From Gemmatimonadota bacterium (GTDB lineage Bacteria > Gemmatimonadota > Gemmatimonadetes > Gemmatimonadales > GWC2-71-9), in NCBI GenBank assembly GCA_039591655.1, contig JBDHDE010000066.1:1-12847 (forward strand): DNA of 12,847 bases. Direction: 5' to 3'. The notes beneath the pieces were generated by a model. The model searched no databases and was not told where the DNA came from. It was given only the letters and a program-made list of their open reading frames with translations. Positions within the stretch are counted from its first letter, which is position 1; every line of letters starts with the position of its first letter. Below, piece after piece: positions 1 through 7,891 of the stretch. The position numbers and the translations under genes are program-made.

Positions 1-980
1 CCCACGATCTGGCGTGTGATGAGCCGTAGAAAGCTCTGCATGCCGGAAACAGGTGCTCGGAGCTGGTGCACGGAGGTGCGTATGAATTCCGCTCGGCGCC
101 GGTCTGCGTCGCGCAGTCCTTCGTTTGCGGCCTCCAGCGCCTTTGTTGCGGTCTTGATCCTGCTCTCGAGCTCCCCGTTCCAGCGCGCGTGCTCGGCTGC
201 CGCCTTACGGAGCTGTGTGCTCATTGCGTTGAATGCGGAGCAAAGCTGCCCGATCTCGTCATGGCTGGAGACTGGAATCTCCACATCGAGGTCTCCACGC
301 GAGACGCGCTCCGTGCCGCGCAGCAAACGCGTGACAGGCGTCCTCACGAACCGCTGCATGACCAAGGCCACGGCCACCCATGCGAGGAGTACGGCAGCGC
401 TGCCGGAGAGGAGAGCTGCACGGCGGACACTGACGATGCTGGCGTCCACGGTGCGTAGCGAAAAGACCGCATCCAGTACTCCGAGCACCTGCTGGTCCCT
501 GTCATGGCAGTCGTAGCACGGAGGCGCGTTGTATATCGGCGTGATGATGGCAAGCCTGCGTGAGCCGTCGGGGGTGGCGAAGATTCTGCCTCGTTCCAGG
601 GGTGGGCGGAGGACCTGGGGTGGTCCGTCGGCGTGGCACTGGATGCACATCTCGTGTGTCATGTCGACAGTATCGTTTATCTCTGATCTGTCGGTCGAGA
701 GAACGATACTTCCGTCCTTGTCGAAGAGGCGGATCTTCTCGAGCCCGTCTTCTTGGGCATAACCATCGAAGACGCTGAGGATCTCAGCGCGTCTATGGGC
801 GAGCATCTGCGGGCGAATGCTGCGTGCGGCGATGTCGCTCATCCGGCCCGTGTGCAGCACGGCATGCGACAACAGCTGTCGTTCGTGGGTGCCGGCTGTG
901 TGTAACAGCAAGAGGGCGACAGCGGCGAGGAGGATGACCCCGACGACGAGCATGACCCTGAATAGCAGCGAGTGCAGCAC
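1..980 (-). CDS. Membrane sensor histidine kinase with diheme c-type (2x CxxCH) extracytoplasmic domain, HAMP and HisKA; runs off the left edge
   Basis: Translated by hand because it has no stop in the window and is missing from the track. Open from GTG at 980 (AGGT 7 nt upstream, in-frame TAG just before; alternative ATG at 953). TM1 VMLVVGVILLAAVALLLL, CIQCH (633-647), CYDCH (504-518), TM2 AALLSGSAAVLLAWVAVALVM, HAMP PVTRLLRGTERVSRGDLDVEIPVSSHDEIGQLCSAFNAM, coiled coil, H-box EFIRTSVHQLRAPVSGM (His codon 66-68). Confidence 0.9.
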   Translation of the reverse strand, partial: MLHSLLFRVMLVVGVILLAAVALLLLHTAGTHERQLLSHAVLHTGRMSDIAARSIRPQMLAHRRAEILSVFDGYAQEDGLEKIRLFDKDGSIVLSTDRSEINDTVDMTHEMCIQCHADGPPQVLRPPLERGRIFATPDGSRRLAIITPIYNAPPCYDCHDRDQQVLGVLDAVFSLRTVDASIVSVRRAALLSGSAAVLLAWVAVALVMQRFVRTPVTRLLRGTERVSRGDLDVEIPVSSHDEIGQLCSAFNAMSTQLRKAAAEHARWNGELESRIKTATKALEAANEGLRDADRRRAEFIRTSVHQLRAPVSGMQSFLRLITRQIV

Positions 981-1012
981 CTGGGATACCTATCGGCCAG
1001 TGAGGGCCGTTC

Positions 1013-1210
1013 TCAGCTCCCGTCCGTTACAACCTCAGTGACCGTGCGTCGAGTGTAGAGAGACGAGTGACCCTGTTCGTGCCAGAGCTGAACCTCGAAT
1101 CCGGCAGCGGCATACCGCTCCTGCGCCGCGCGTGCCTGTTCCTCGGTCTCGTGGTCCTCGCCATCCCACATGTACTTCTTGCCGTCGAAGAAGCGAACCT
1201 TCTCTGTCAT
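1013..1210 (-). CDS. Small hypothetical protein (65 aa)
   Basis: ATG start with AGGTG upstream; co-oriented and fills the mvhD-kinase gap; natural-looking acidic/aromatic sequence (RFFDGKKYMWDG...GFEVQL...LYTRR). Confidence 0.75.
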   Translation of the reverse strand: MTEKVRFFDGKKYMWDGEDHETEEQARAAQERYAAAGFEVQLWHEQGHSSLYTRRTVTEVVTDGS

Positions 1211-1289
1211 GTCGCACGCACCTGTGCAGTACTACTGTTGCCGGGTTGGCACCACGGCGACTGCCGGCGGCGGTGCAGTAGCAGGCCGC

Positions 1290-1706
1290 TCACACCCGGT
1301 AGGAGCTCGGGCCCAGCTCACGGACTGCCTCGCTCATGTCGCTGACCACCTGCGCGAAGCGAGGCGCCTCGGATGCGGAGATCCACTCGAGCCTGAATCG
1401 CTCTGGTTCGATGCCGAAGTCCTCGAGCATCAGCTCTATCGCCTCCTTGCGCTTCTCCGTCCGCAGATTGCCCTCGAGGTAGTGGCAGTCGCCGGGATGG
1501 CAGCCGCAAATGAGCACGCCGTCTGCTCCCTTGGTCAGGGCGTCAATCACCAGGTTGGGGTGGACCATTCCGGAGCACATGACGCGAATCACGCGCGGAT
1601 CCGGCGGATACTGCAGCCGGGAGACACCTGCGAGGTCCGCGCCGGCGTAGGAGCACCAGTTGCAGCAGAAGGCAATGATGATGGGCTCGAAGTCGTCGTT
1701 TGCCAT
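1290..1706 (-). CDS. mvhD: MvhD/FlpD-family [2Fe-2S] protein (HdrA-associated electron-transfer subunit)
   Basis: Motifs AFCCNWCSYAGADLAG, IRVMCSG, GADGVLICGCHPGDCHY.EGN, ERFRLEWISASE; directly follows hdrA; AGAGGA RBS upstream. Confidence 0.95.
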   Translation of the reverse strand: MANDDFEPIIIAFCCNWCSYAGADLAGVSRLQYPPDPRVIRVMCSGMVHPNLVIDALTKGADGVLICGCHPGDCHYLEGNLRTEKRKEAIELMLEDFGIEPERFRLEWISASEAPRFAQVVSDMSEAVRELGPSSYRV

Positions 1707-1724
1707 GTTCGGAATGATCCTCTA

Positions 1725-4700
1725 TCACGCTTCCTGCAACGCGGCATCGACCATCGCGCTCAACTGATCGAGCCGGAAGTTGCGGATGAATATCCCTTTC
1801 TTGGGACACGTGGCCTGACAGACCCCGCAGCCCTTGCACAAGGCCTCATCCCGCTCGACCGTCTTCTTGATGCTTCCCTTGTGCATGTACTCGATCAGTG
1901 TGAGTGCATTGTACGGGCAGGGGTCGATGCAGTACGCGCATCCATCGCAGTTGTCATCTACCAGTTCGGAGATGGTGGCGTCGAGTTCGATCTCGTCCTT
2001 GGACAGAATCGTAGCTGCTCTTGCGGCGGCAGCGTGGGCCTGTGCGATGCTCTCGTCCACAGACTTGGGCGAGTGTGCCAAGCCGCACATGAAGACCCCG
2101 TCGGTCGCGAAATCAACTGGACGCAGCTTCATGTGTGCCTCGAGGAAGAACCGATCCTGATTGAGAGGCACTTTGAAGAGCTTGCCTACTTCCTCGGCGT
2201 CATTCCTGGGCACGATGGCAGGAGCCAATACCAGTAGGTCGCAGTCGATACGGAGATTCAAGTTCAAGAGCGGGTCGAGGGTAGAGACCTGAAGCCTGCC
2301 GTTGGTCGCGGAGACCTCAGGCTTGCGCTGCTCGTCGTATCGTAGGAAGCGTACGCCCTTGCCTCGTGCATCGGTGTAGTACTGCTCCAGTACGCCGTAC
2401 GTACGGATGTCTCGATAGAGCACATGGACGGCTATGTCCGGGCTGATGCCCTTGAGCGCTATCGCGTTCTTCACCGCCTGCGAACAGCAGATCCGACTGC
2501 AATACGGCCGGGACTCGTCTCTCGAGCCAACGCACTGGATCATGACGACCGACTTGAGTTCGTGGAGCTCTGGTCGGCGCTGGGCGATCCACTCCTCCAG
2601 CTGGCGCTGCGTCAGGACGCGGGGGTGCACGCCGTACAGGTATTCGGTTGGCTCGTAGTGTGTCGCTCCCGTAGCCACGATTGCGACGCCGTGTGCCACT
2701 TGTCTGTCGACGCCGTTGTTTCGAATGGTGGACGTGAAGCTGCCGACGGATCCCTCGACGGCGGCGAGCGAGCTGCTTAGATGGAGCGTGATTCTGGGAT
2801 GATTGGTCACCCTGGCGATCGTCTCTGACAGGTTTTGCCGGGGGTCGCCGCCAGTGAGCAAGCTGTGGATGTGCCTGAGGTTGCCTCCCAAGTCCGGCTC
2901 CCGCTCGACGAGATGGACTGCGAAGCCCTGGTCGGCCAGGTTCAGCGCGGCGATCATGCCAGCCATGCCGCCGCCCAGCACGAGGGCGTCGTTGTTGACC
3001 TTCAAGGTGCCCTTGTCGAGGGGCTCGAGCAGCCTGAGCTTGGCGAGGGCCATTCTCACCAGGTCCTTTGCCTTGCGTGTAGCCTTCTCCGGTTCGTGCA
3101 TGTGTACCCACGTGCACTGGTCGCGGATATTGGCCATGTCGAACAGGTATTCGTTGAGGCCTGCCTCCCGGCACGTGTTGCGGAACAGCGGCTCGTGGGT
3201 GCGCGGGCTGCATGATGCGACCAGCACGCGGTTGAGGTCGTGCTCCGCGATCATCTGCTTGATCGCCTCCTGCGTGTCAGTTGAGCACGTATAGAGGTTG
3301 TCCTCCGCATACACGACGTTGGGCAGGGTCCTGGCGTACTCCACGACAGCCGGGACGTCCGCCACGCCACCGATGTTCTTGCCACAGTGGCAGACGAATA
3401 CCCCGATGCGCGGTTCCTCGCCCCGCACGTCCTTCTCAGGGGGGTACTCCTTCGCCCGGATGAGCGACCCCCGTCCGTCCTCGAGTAGTGCCATCGCCTT
3501 GGAGGCACTCGCCGAGGCCTCCATCACCGTCTCTGGGATATCCTTCGGTCCGGTAAACGGCCCACAGACGTACACCCCCGGGCGTGAGGTCTCGACCGAT
3601 CCTAGGCCCTGAGTTGCCGCAAAGCCATGCTCGTCCAGCTCGATGCCGAACGTGTCCGCCAGCTCGTGTGCCTCAACAGGCGGTGCCAGGCCGGTAGACA
3701 GCACGACCATGTGGAACTCCTCGGTCACGTGCCCAGCGCCGGCCGTCTGGTAGTCGAGGCGAAGATTGTTGTTGGCCGGGACTTCCTTGATCGATGATGG
3801 AGTGCAGCGGACGTACTTGATGCCTAACTCCTTGGCGCGGTTGTAGTAGGCGTCGAAGCCCTTGCCAAAGGCTCGAAGGTCGATGAAGAAGATGGTGCAA
3901 TCGATGTCCGGTTCGTGCTCCTTCGCGATGATGGCTTCTTTGGTCGCGTACATGCAGCAGACCGAGGAGCAGTAGTCCCGATCTGTCTCGCGTGAGCCGA
4001 CGCACTGAATCCACGCGATCTTCTTGGGAGGTGCCTGGTCGGATGGCCTGAGCACCTTCCCTAGGTAAGGTCCGCTTGCCGAGAGGATACGCTCGAACTG
4101 CAGACTGGAGATGACGTTGGGAAACCGTCCGTAGCCGAGTTCTTTCTTGGCGTGGGGGTCGAACTGCTGGAATCCGGGAGCCAGTACTGCGGCGCCGACC
4201 TCGATTCCTTGAATCTCGTCCTGTTGGTCGAAGTCAATGGCGTCGGCCTCACAGAAGCTCGCACACGCTTGGCACGTGCCTCTGAGCAAGTGCATGCACG
4301 TATCGGGGTCGATGGTGGCGACCTTGGGTATGGCTTGCGCGAACGGAAGGTAGATGGACGACCGCCGGGCGAGACCCATGTCGTAGTCCGACGGTATGGG
4401 TCTGGGTTCTAGCAGCGTGACCTTGGACAGATCGACGACGTCGACTGGGCACACTACTTGGCATGCGCCACATGCCATACAGATGGGCGAGTGCTTGTCG
4501 TACGGCGTGGTGATGTTGCGATCTGGACCGCGGTGGGCAAAGTTGATGGCGCCGACCCCCATCCTCTCTTGGCATACCCTGACACAGAGGCCGCACAGAA
4601 TGCAGTTGTCGTGTTTCTTGGGGAACCGGGTCTCGTCGATGCCGAGGTCGAGTGCAAGCTCCTTGACTGCGCGGGCTTCGGGGCACCGGGCGAGCAGCAA

Positions 4701-4970
4701 CTCCACCATCACCTTCCGTGTGCGACGGACCCTCTCGGTGTTGGTACTAACCACTAGTCCGTCCTGAGCCGGATAGACGCAGGAGGCCTCGATCCTCGAG
4801 CCACGTGACATCTCGACTTCCACGAGACATACACGACAGGCGCCGTACGGTGCTAAGGCCCGATGGTGGCAGAGCGTGGGGATCTTGACGCCTGCCTCTT
4901 CAGCAGCCTGTAAGACCGTCCTTCCGGGGTCGACATCGACCTCTATACCGTCAACCGTCAGTCTCGCCAT
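1725..4970 (-). CDS. hdrA: Fusion of a NuoG/HydA-type N-terminal Fe-S domain ([2Fe-2S] + 2x[4Fe-4S]) to a large double-module heterodisulfide reductase subunit A lacking its own first Rossmann motif
   Basis: N-terminus IPTLCHH...GACRVCLVEV...ASC, CILCGLCVRVC, CMACGACQVVCP. HdrA motifs follow: YDMGLARRSSIYLPFAQAIP, GYGRFPNVISSLQFERILSASGP, IQCVGSR..YCSSVCCMYATK, GPKDIPETV, FVCHCGKNIGG, CSPRTHE, NIRDQCTWVH, second Rossmann VLGGGMAG, second IQCVGSR..YCSRICCSQAVK, FLEAHMKLRPVD, C-terminal CDGCAYCIDPCP/CKGCGVCQATCP. ATG 4970 preferred; in-frame GTGs at 4973 and 4979 are possible. Confidence 0.93.
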   Translation of the reverse strand: MARLTVDGIEVDVDPGRTVLQAAEEAGVKIPTLCHHRALAPYGACRVCLVEVEMSRGSRIEASCVYPAQDGLVVSTNTERVRRTRKVMVELLLARCPEARAVKELALDLGIDETRFPKKHDNCILCGLCVRVCQERMGVGAINFAHRGPDRNITTPYDKHSPICMACGACQVVCPVDVVDLSKVTLLEPRPIPSDYDMGLARRSSIYLPFAQAIPKVATIDPDTCMHLLRGTCQACASFCEADAIDFDQQDEIQGIEVGAAVLAPGFQQFDPHAKKELGYGRFPNVISSLQFERILSASGPYLGKVLRPSDQAPPKKIAWIQCVGSRETDRDYCSSVCCMYATKEAIIAKEHEPDIDCTIFFIDLRAFGKGFDAYYNRAKELGIKYVRCTPSSIKEVPANNNLRLDYQTAGAGHVTEEFHMVVLSTGLAPPVEAHELADTFGIELDEHGFAATQGLGSVETSRPGVYVCGPFTGPKDIPETVMEASASASKAMALLEDGRGSLIRAKEYPPEKDVRGEEPRIGVFVCHCGKNIGGVADVPAVVEYARTLPNVVYAEDNLYTCSTDTQEAIKQMIAEHDLNRVLVASCSPRTHEPLFRNTCREAGLNEYLFDMANIRDQCTWVHMHEPEKATRKAKDLVRMALAKLRLLEPLDKGTLKVNNDALVLGGGMAGMIAALNLADQGFAVHLVEREPDLGGNLRHIHSLLTGGDPRQNLSETIARVTNHPRITLHLSSSLAAVEGSVGSFTSTIRNNGVDRQVAHGVAIVATGATHYEPTEYLYGVHPRVLTQRQLEEWIAQRRPELHELKSVVMIQCVGSRDESRPYCSRICCSQAVKNAIALKGISPDIAVHVLYRDIRTYGVLEQYYTDARGKGVRFLRYDEQRKPEVSATNGRLQVSTLDPLLNLNLRIDCDLLVLAPAIVPRNDAEEVGKLFKVPLNQDRFFLEAHMKLRPVDFATDGVFMCGLAHSPKSVDESIAQAHAAAARAATILSKDEIELDATISELVDDNCDGCAYCIDPCPYNALTLIEYMHKGSIKKTVERDEALCKGCGVCQATCPKKGIFIRNFRLDQLSAMVDAALQEA

Positions 4971-5023
4971 CACCCGCACCCTGTGAAAAGCGATGCTCAG
5001 AGCCCGAACGCGCAGCTCGCGGC

Positions 5024-5494
5024 CTATCCCCCCGCCCCTCCGTTCTCCACATCTGTCGTGTCGAAGCGGTACACCTCGTCATCGATCCTGTGCTCGTAAT
5101 GCAGTGCCAGATCCGGTCGCCCCACGAGTATCGTCCGCACAGTTTCACCGATATCACCCACCGGCCTGCAATCCGGATGGCTGCGACGAAAGGATGCCTT
5201 GACAATCGTTCCCTTTCCGCGCCGCGATGTGATCTCAAAGCTCCCTTCGGCCTCCCTGGCGGCCTGCGCCAGCAGTGGCAGCCCCAAACCGACCCGCCGC
5301 GTTGTCCTCGTTGTGAAGAAGGGATCCAGCGCCCTCCTCTTCGTTTCCGCATCCATGCCCTTGCCGTCGTCCTTGATCTCGATTGAGAGCAGGTCCTGCC
5401 TGGTGTCATCCACGATCAGGATCGCGACTCTCCTTGCGGACGCCGCAATGGAATTCTCCACTATATCCAGAATGTGAAGAGCGAGATCTTGCAT
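5024..5494 (-). CDS. Stand-alone HATPase_c (GHKL) protein of the type found in [FeFe]-hydrogenase operons
   Basis: N-box LHILDIVENSIAA, G1 DDGKGMD, F-box DPFFTTR, G2 VGLGLPL, GKGT; no HisKA or sensor domain; ATG abuts the PHP stop (TGAATG). Confidence 0.9.
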   Translation of the reverse strand: MQDLALHILDIVENSIAASARRVAILIVDDTRQDLLSIEIKDDGKGMDAETKRRALDPFFTTRTTRRVGLGLPLLAQAAREAEGSFEITSRRGKGTIVKASFRRSHPDCRPVGDIGETVRTILVGRPDLALHYEHRIDDEVYRFDTTDVENGGAGG

Positions 5495-6211
5495 TCACTG
5501 CTTCACTATTGTGCGACCGTCGGCGTGTCTCAGCGCCTTGGTGATCTCATCGAGCGTAGCCTCCTCGAGCAGAAAACAGGTGAAGCTCCTGCCGATGTCA
5601 TTCAAGGAATGAGCATCGGAGAAGCGGACGACCGGGAAAGGATTCCAGCTGGTGACGGAGGAACGCGGTGATACTTCTACCGCGTCCAGCGGGAGGCCGT
5701 CGGGAATGAAGCCGAGCTGGCCAACGAGTCCGAAGCGCTCGCGGTCGATGTGAGATGCGATCGCCAAGCCTCCGCAGTCGTGGATGGCGTTCACGGTCTG
5801 TTCCAAAGTGAAGCTGGTGGCTCCGATCAAGAGCTTCGCAGTGGAACCCAGTGCGTTGTCGTATTGATCGACCACCGTCTGCGAGCCGAATACATCCTCG
5901 TCGTTCTCCCCAGGGAGGTTGTCGTAGACGAGGTCCTGCATGCACTGCAGCTGGTCCTGGTCCTGGAACAGACCCAGAATGTGGACTTCCTCGCGCGACG
6001 TGATCTCCATCCCCGGTATGATGGGGAGGTTCTGTCGCCGGCCGGCCTGGAGGACGGCACTGACGTTCTCCGCGGAGTTGTGGTCGCAGATGCCGATGAT
6101 ATCGAGGCCCATCTGTTTGGCCTTCTGGATGATCGCAGTCGGCACCATCTCCGGCTCCCCGCAGGGGGAGAGGCAGGTGTGCAAGTGCAAGTCAGCTCGC
6201 ATTTCCCTCAT
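5495..6211 (-). CDS. PHP-domain metal-dependent phosphoesterase
   Basis: ADLHLHTCLSPCG, ICDHNSAEN, GMEITSREEVHIL, ASHIDR, SDAH motifs; ATGA overlap with the upstream DRTGG gene at 6208-6211. Confidence 0.92.
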   Translation of the reverse strand: MREMRADLHLHTCLSPCGEPEMVPTAIIQKAKQMGLDIIGICDHNSAENVSAVLQAGRRQNLPIIPGMEITSREEVHILGLFQDQDQLQCMQDLVYDNLPGENDEDVFGSQTVVDQYDNALGSTAKLLIGATSFTLEQTVNAIHDCGGLAIASHIDRERFGLVGQLGFIPDGLPLDAVEVSPRSSVTSWNPFPVVRFSDAHSLNDIGRSFTCFLLEEATLDEITKALRHADGRTIVKQ

Positions 6212-6585
6212 GAGGCGTGCGCGGGCGATGCTGCGCCCTTGTTGGGCATTCCCCTGATGCCGAGTTTGTAGAGCCGTCCGGCGAGCTCAAATGTGGGGAG
6301 CTCCGATACCATGATCGGTATGTGTTCGACCTGCGCCTTTGCGAGCGTGTCCTCGTCCGGCTCCCTGCCATTGACCAGTATGATCCCCGCAAGATCGTTC
6401 AGGCTCGCCACCGCAACGATGTTCTGATGGCCCTGGAGGGTGATCCAAAGGTCCCCCTTCCTGGCGTGAGCCATGACATCGCTCATCAGGTCACTGGAGT
6501 ATCCGCCGGTGACCTCAGCATCCAGATGATCACTGCCCGTGCGGATCCCCAGAGCGAGTTTGTCAACTACCTCAGCCAGTTTCAC
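6208..6585 (-). CDS. DRTGG-domain (HPr kinase N-terminal-like) protein
   Basis: VTGGYSSDLMSDVMA..KGDLWITLQGHQNIVAVASL, PTFELAGRLY; GTG start with GGAGG RBS, overlapping the end of the upstream kinase gene. Confidence 0.88.
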   Translation of the reverse strand: MKLAEVVDKLALGIRTGSDHLDAEVTGGYSSDLMSDVMAHARKGDLWITLQGHQNIVAVASLNDLAGIILVNGREPDEDTLAKAQVEHIPIMVSELPTFELAGRLYKLGIRGMPNKGAASPAHAS

Positions 6586-7501
6586 GGTGCCCTCCGGTCA
6601 TGATCGAAATCTTGAGGTGCGTGCCTCTGCCTGGTGCGGAGTCGAGTTCCATGCTGTCCGCGCACCTCTGAATGTTGTTGAGTCCCATCCCGGCACCGAA
6701 GCCGAGTTCGCGGACCCACTGCGGCGCGGTGGAATAGCCCGGTCGCAGAGCCTTCTCGACATCGGCGATTCCGGGCCCTGAATCATCCACCTCGACCCTG
6801 ATCTCGCCCGGTCCGACCTGCGCGACGATTGATCCCCCCTTTGTGAACACGATCAGGTTCATCTCCGCCTCGTACGTGGCTATCGCCACTCGGCGAACCG
6901 TGGCGGGATCCAGACCGAGCCGTCGTAGGGTCTGCTTGAGTCGGCTGGAGCTCTCTCCCCCTCGCGCGAAGTCCTGGCCTACCACGCTGTACTCGAACAC
7001 GAGTTTCGTTCGGTCAGCGATGATGTCGTCGAATATGTGACTTGCTCGGTAGTGATGGATCTCCTCTTCGTGATAGTCGATCTCTAGCTTCTTCAGCAGT
7101 CCTGCTATGATGTCGCCCTTCGTGATCACACCGATCAACCGGCCGGAATGTCGGTCAGTCACCGCGAAGCGGCCGAAGCCAGTCTTGTCGAATCTGCTGA
7201 CAGCTTGGACGAGCGGTTCGTCATCGCAGAGAGTCTCAACGTGCTTCGTCATCTTCGCTTCGATGACGGAGTTCTGCTCCTTGCCATAGAGCCACTTGAT
7301 GAAGTCCTCGAGGCTGATGATTCCCACGAGTTTTCCGCCATCGACCACCGGTGCGCCGGAGATTCGTTGCTGCTGGAAGAGCTCCCGCAACTGGCTCATG
7401 GGGGTGTCCGGCCGCACCGTGATCACATCCGTAGTCATCACCTCGCGGACCTTCATCTCGTAAACCAGCTCCTGCACTCTGGTGATTGGTCGGTCCTGCA
7501 C
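6572..7501 (-). CDS. CBS-pair domain fused to an RsbT/RsbW-like anti-sigma-type Ser/Thr kinase (HATPase_c)
   Basis: CBS repeats VREVMTTDVITV...ISGAPVVDGGKLVGIISLEDF and MTKHVETL...LIGVITKGDII; kinase motifs ATYEAEMNLIVF, DDSGPGIADVEKALRPGYST, GAGMGLNNI, GRGT. Exact start (GTG 7501) uncertain. Confidence 0.9.
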   Translation of the reverse strand: MQDRPITRVQELVYEMKVREVMTTDVITVRPDTPMSQLRELFQQQRISGAPVVDGGKLVGIISLEDFIKWLYGKEQNSVIEAKMTKHVETLCDDEPLVQAVSRFDKTGFGRFAVTDRHSGRLIGVITKGDIIAGLLKKLEIDYHEEEIHHYRASHIFDDIIADRTKLVFEYSVVGQDFARGGESSSRLKQTLRRLGLDPATVRRVAIATYEAEMNLIVFTKGGSIVAQVGPGEIRVEVDDSGPGIADVEKALRPGYSTAPQWVRELGFGAGMGLNNIQRCADSMELDSAPGRGTHLKISIMTGGHRETG

Positions 7502-7508
7502 CAGATCT

Positions 7509-7865
7509 CTATTCCCGGAAGTCAGAGACGCCTAGGAGACCGCTCTTGTACAAACGGCCGCAGCTCTCGAACATCGGCAACGTGGTTCTCAGCAAGGGCA
7601 ACCCCTGGACGTCGGCCATTGTCACGGTGTCGTCATCGGGCCTTTTGCCGCGGACGAAGCAGATGGCCACGATGTCGGCCATCTCGGCCGTGCGTACGAC
7701 CTGGGGGTTGGTCAGCCCTGTCAGCAACAGAGAGCCAGGCTTACCGTAGGCGAGGACGTCGCTCATCAAGTCCGCGCCACAGCCCATTGTGAGCTCTCTG
7801 GCGAGCCCGTCCTCGCCGGCTATCACCTCTGCGTCGAGGATCTCCCTAACATCATCGAGTGTCAT
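7509..7865 (-). CDS. DRTGG-domain protein
   Basis: GCGADLMSDVLAY, LLLTGLTNPQVVRTAEMADI..ICFVRGKRP, PMFESCGRLY; AGGAG upstream of the ATG. Confidence 0.9.
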   Translation of the reverse strand: MTLDDVREILDAEVIAGEDGLARELTMGCGADLMSDVLAYGKPGSLLLTGLTNPQVVRTAEMADIVAICFVRGKRPDDDTVTMADVQGLPLLRTTLPMFESCGRLYKSGLLGVSDFRE

Positions 7866-7891
7866 CGTTCTATGAGCGCTCCTCCCTCGCC

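Noticed and set aside
1290..1706. Selenocysteine recoding in mvhD or hdrA, with the downstream hairpin as a SECIS
   Set aside because: All expected ligand positions are ordinary Cys codons and the ORFs have no in-frame TGA.
1695..1706. MvhD and the HdrA(N)-NuoE protein both start with MAND
   Set aside because: Four residues with differing codons and no further similarity; probably chance.
1170..2237. 355-aa plus-strand ORF, and other long plus-strand ORFs such as 16-516, 7148-7792, 8672-9907, 10703-11371 and 11527-12204
   Set aside because: They are antisense shadows of motif-rich minus-strand genes in high-GC DNA and carry no recognisable motifs.
2317..3213. 298-aa alternative-frame minus-strand ORF inside hdrA
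   Set aside because: Arg/Pro/Gly-rich off-frame translation fully nested in a well-supported gene.
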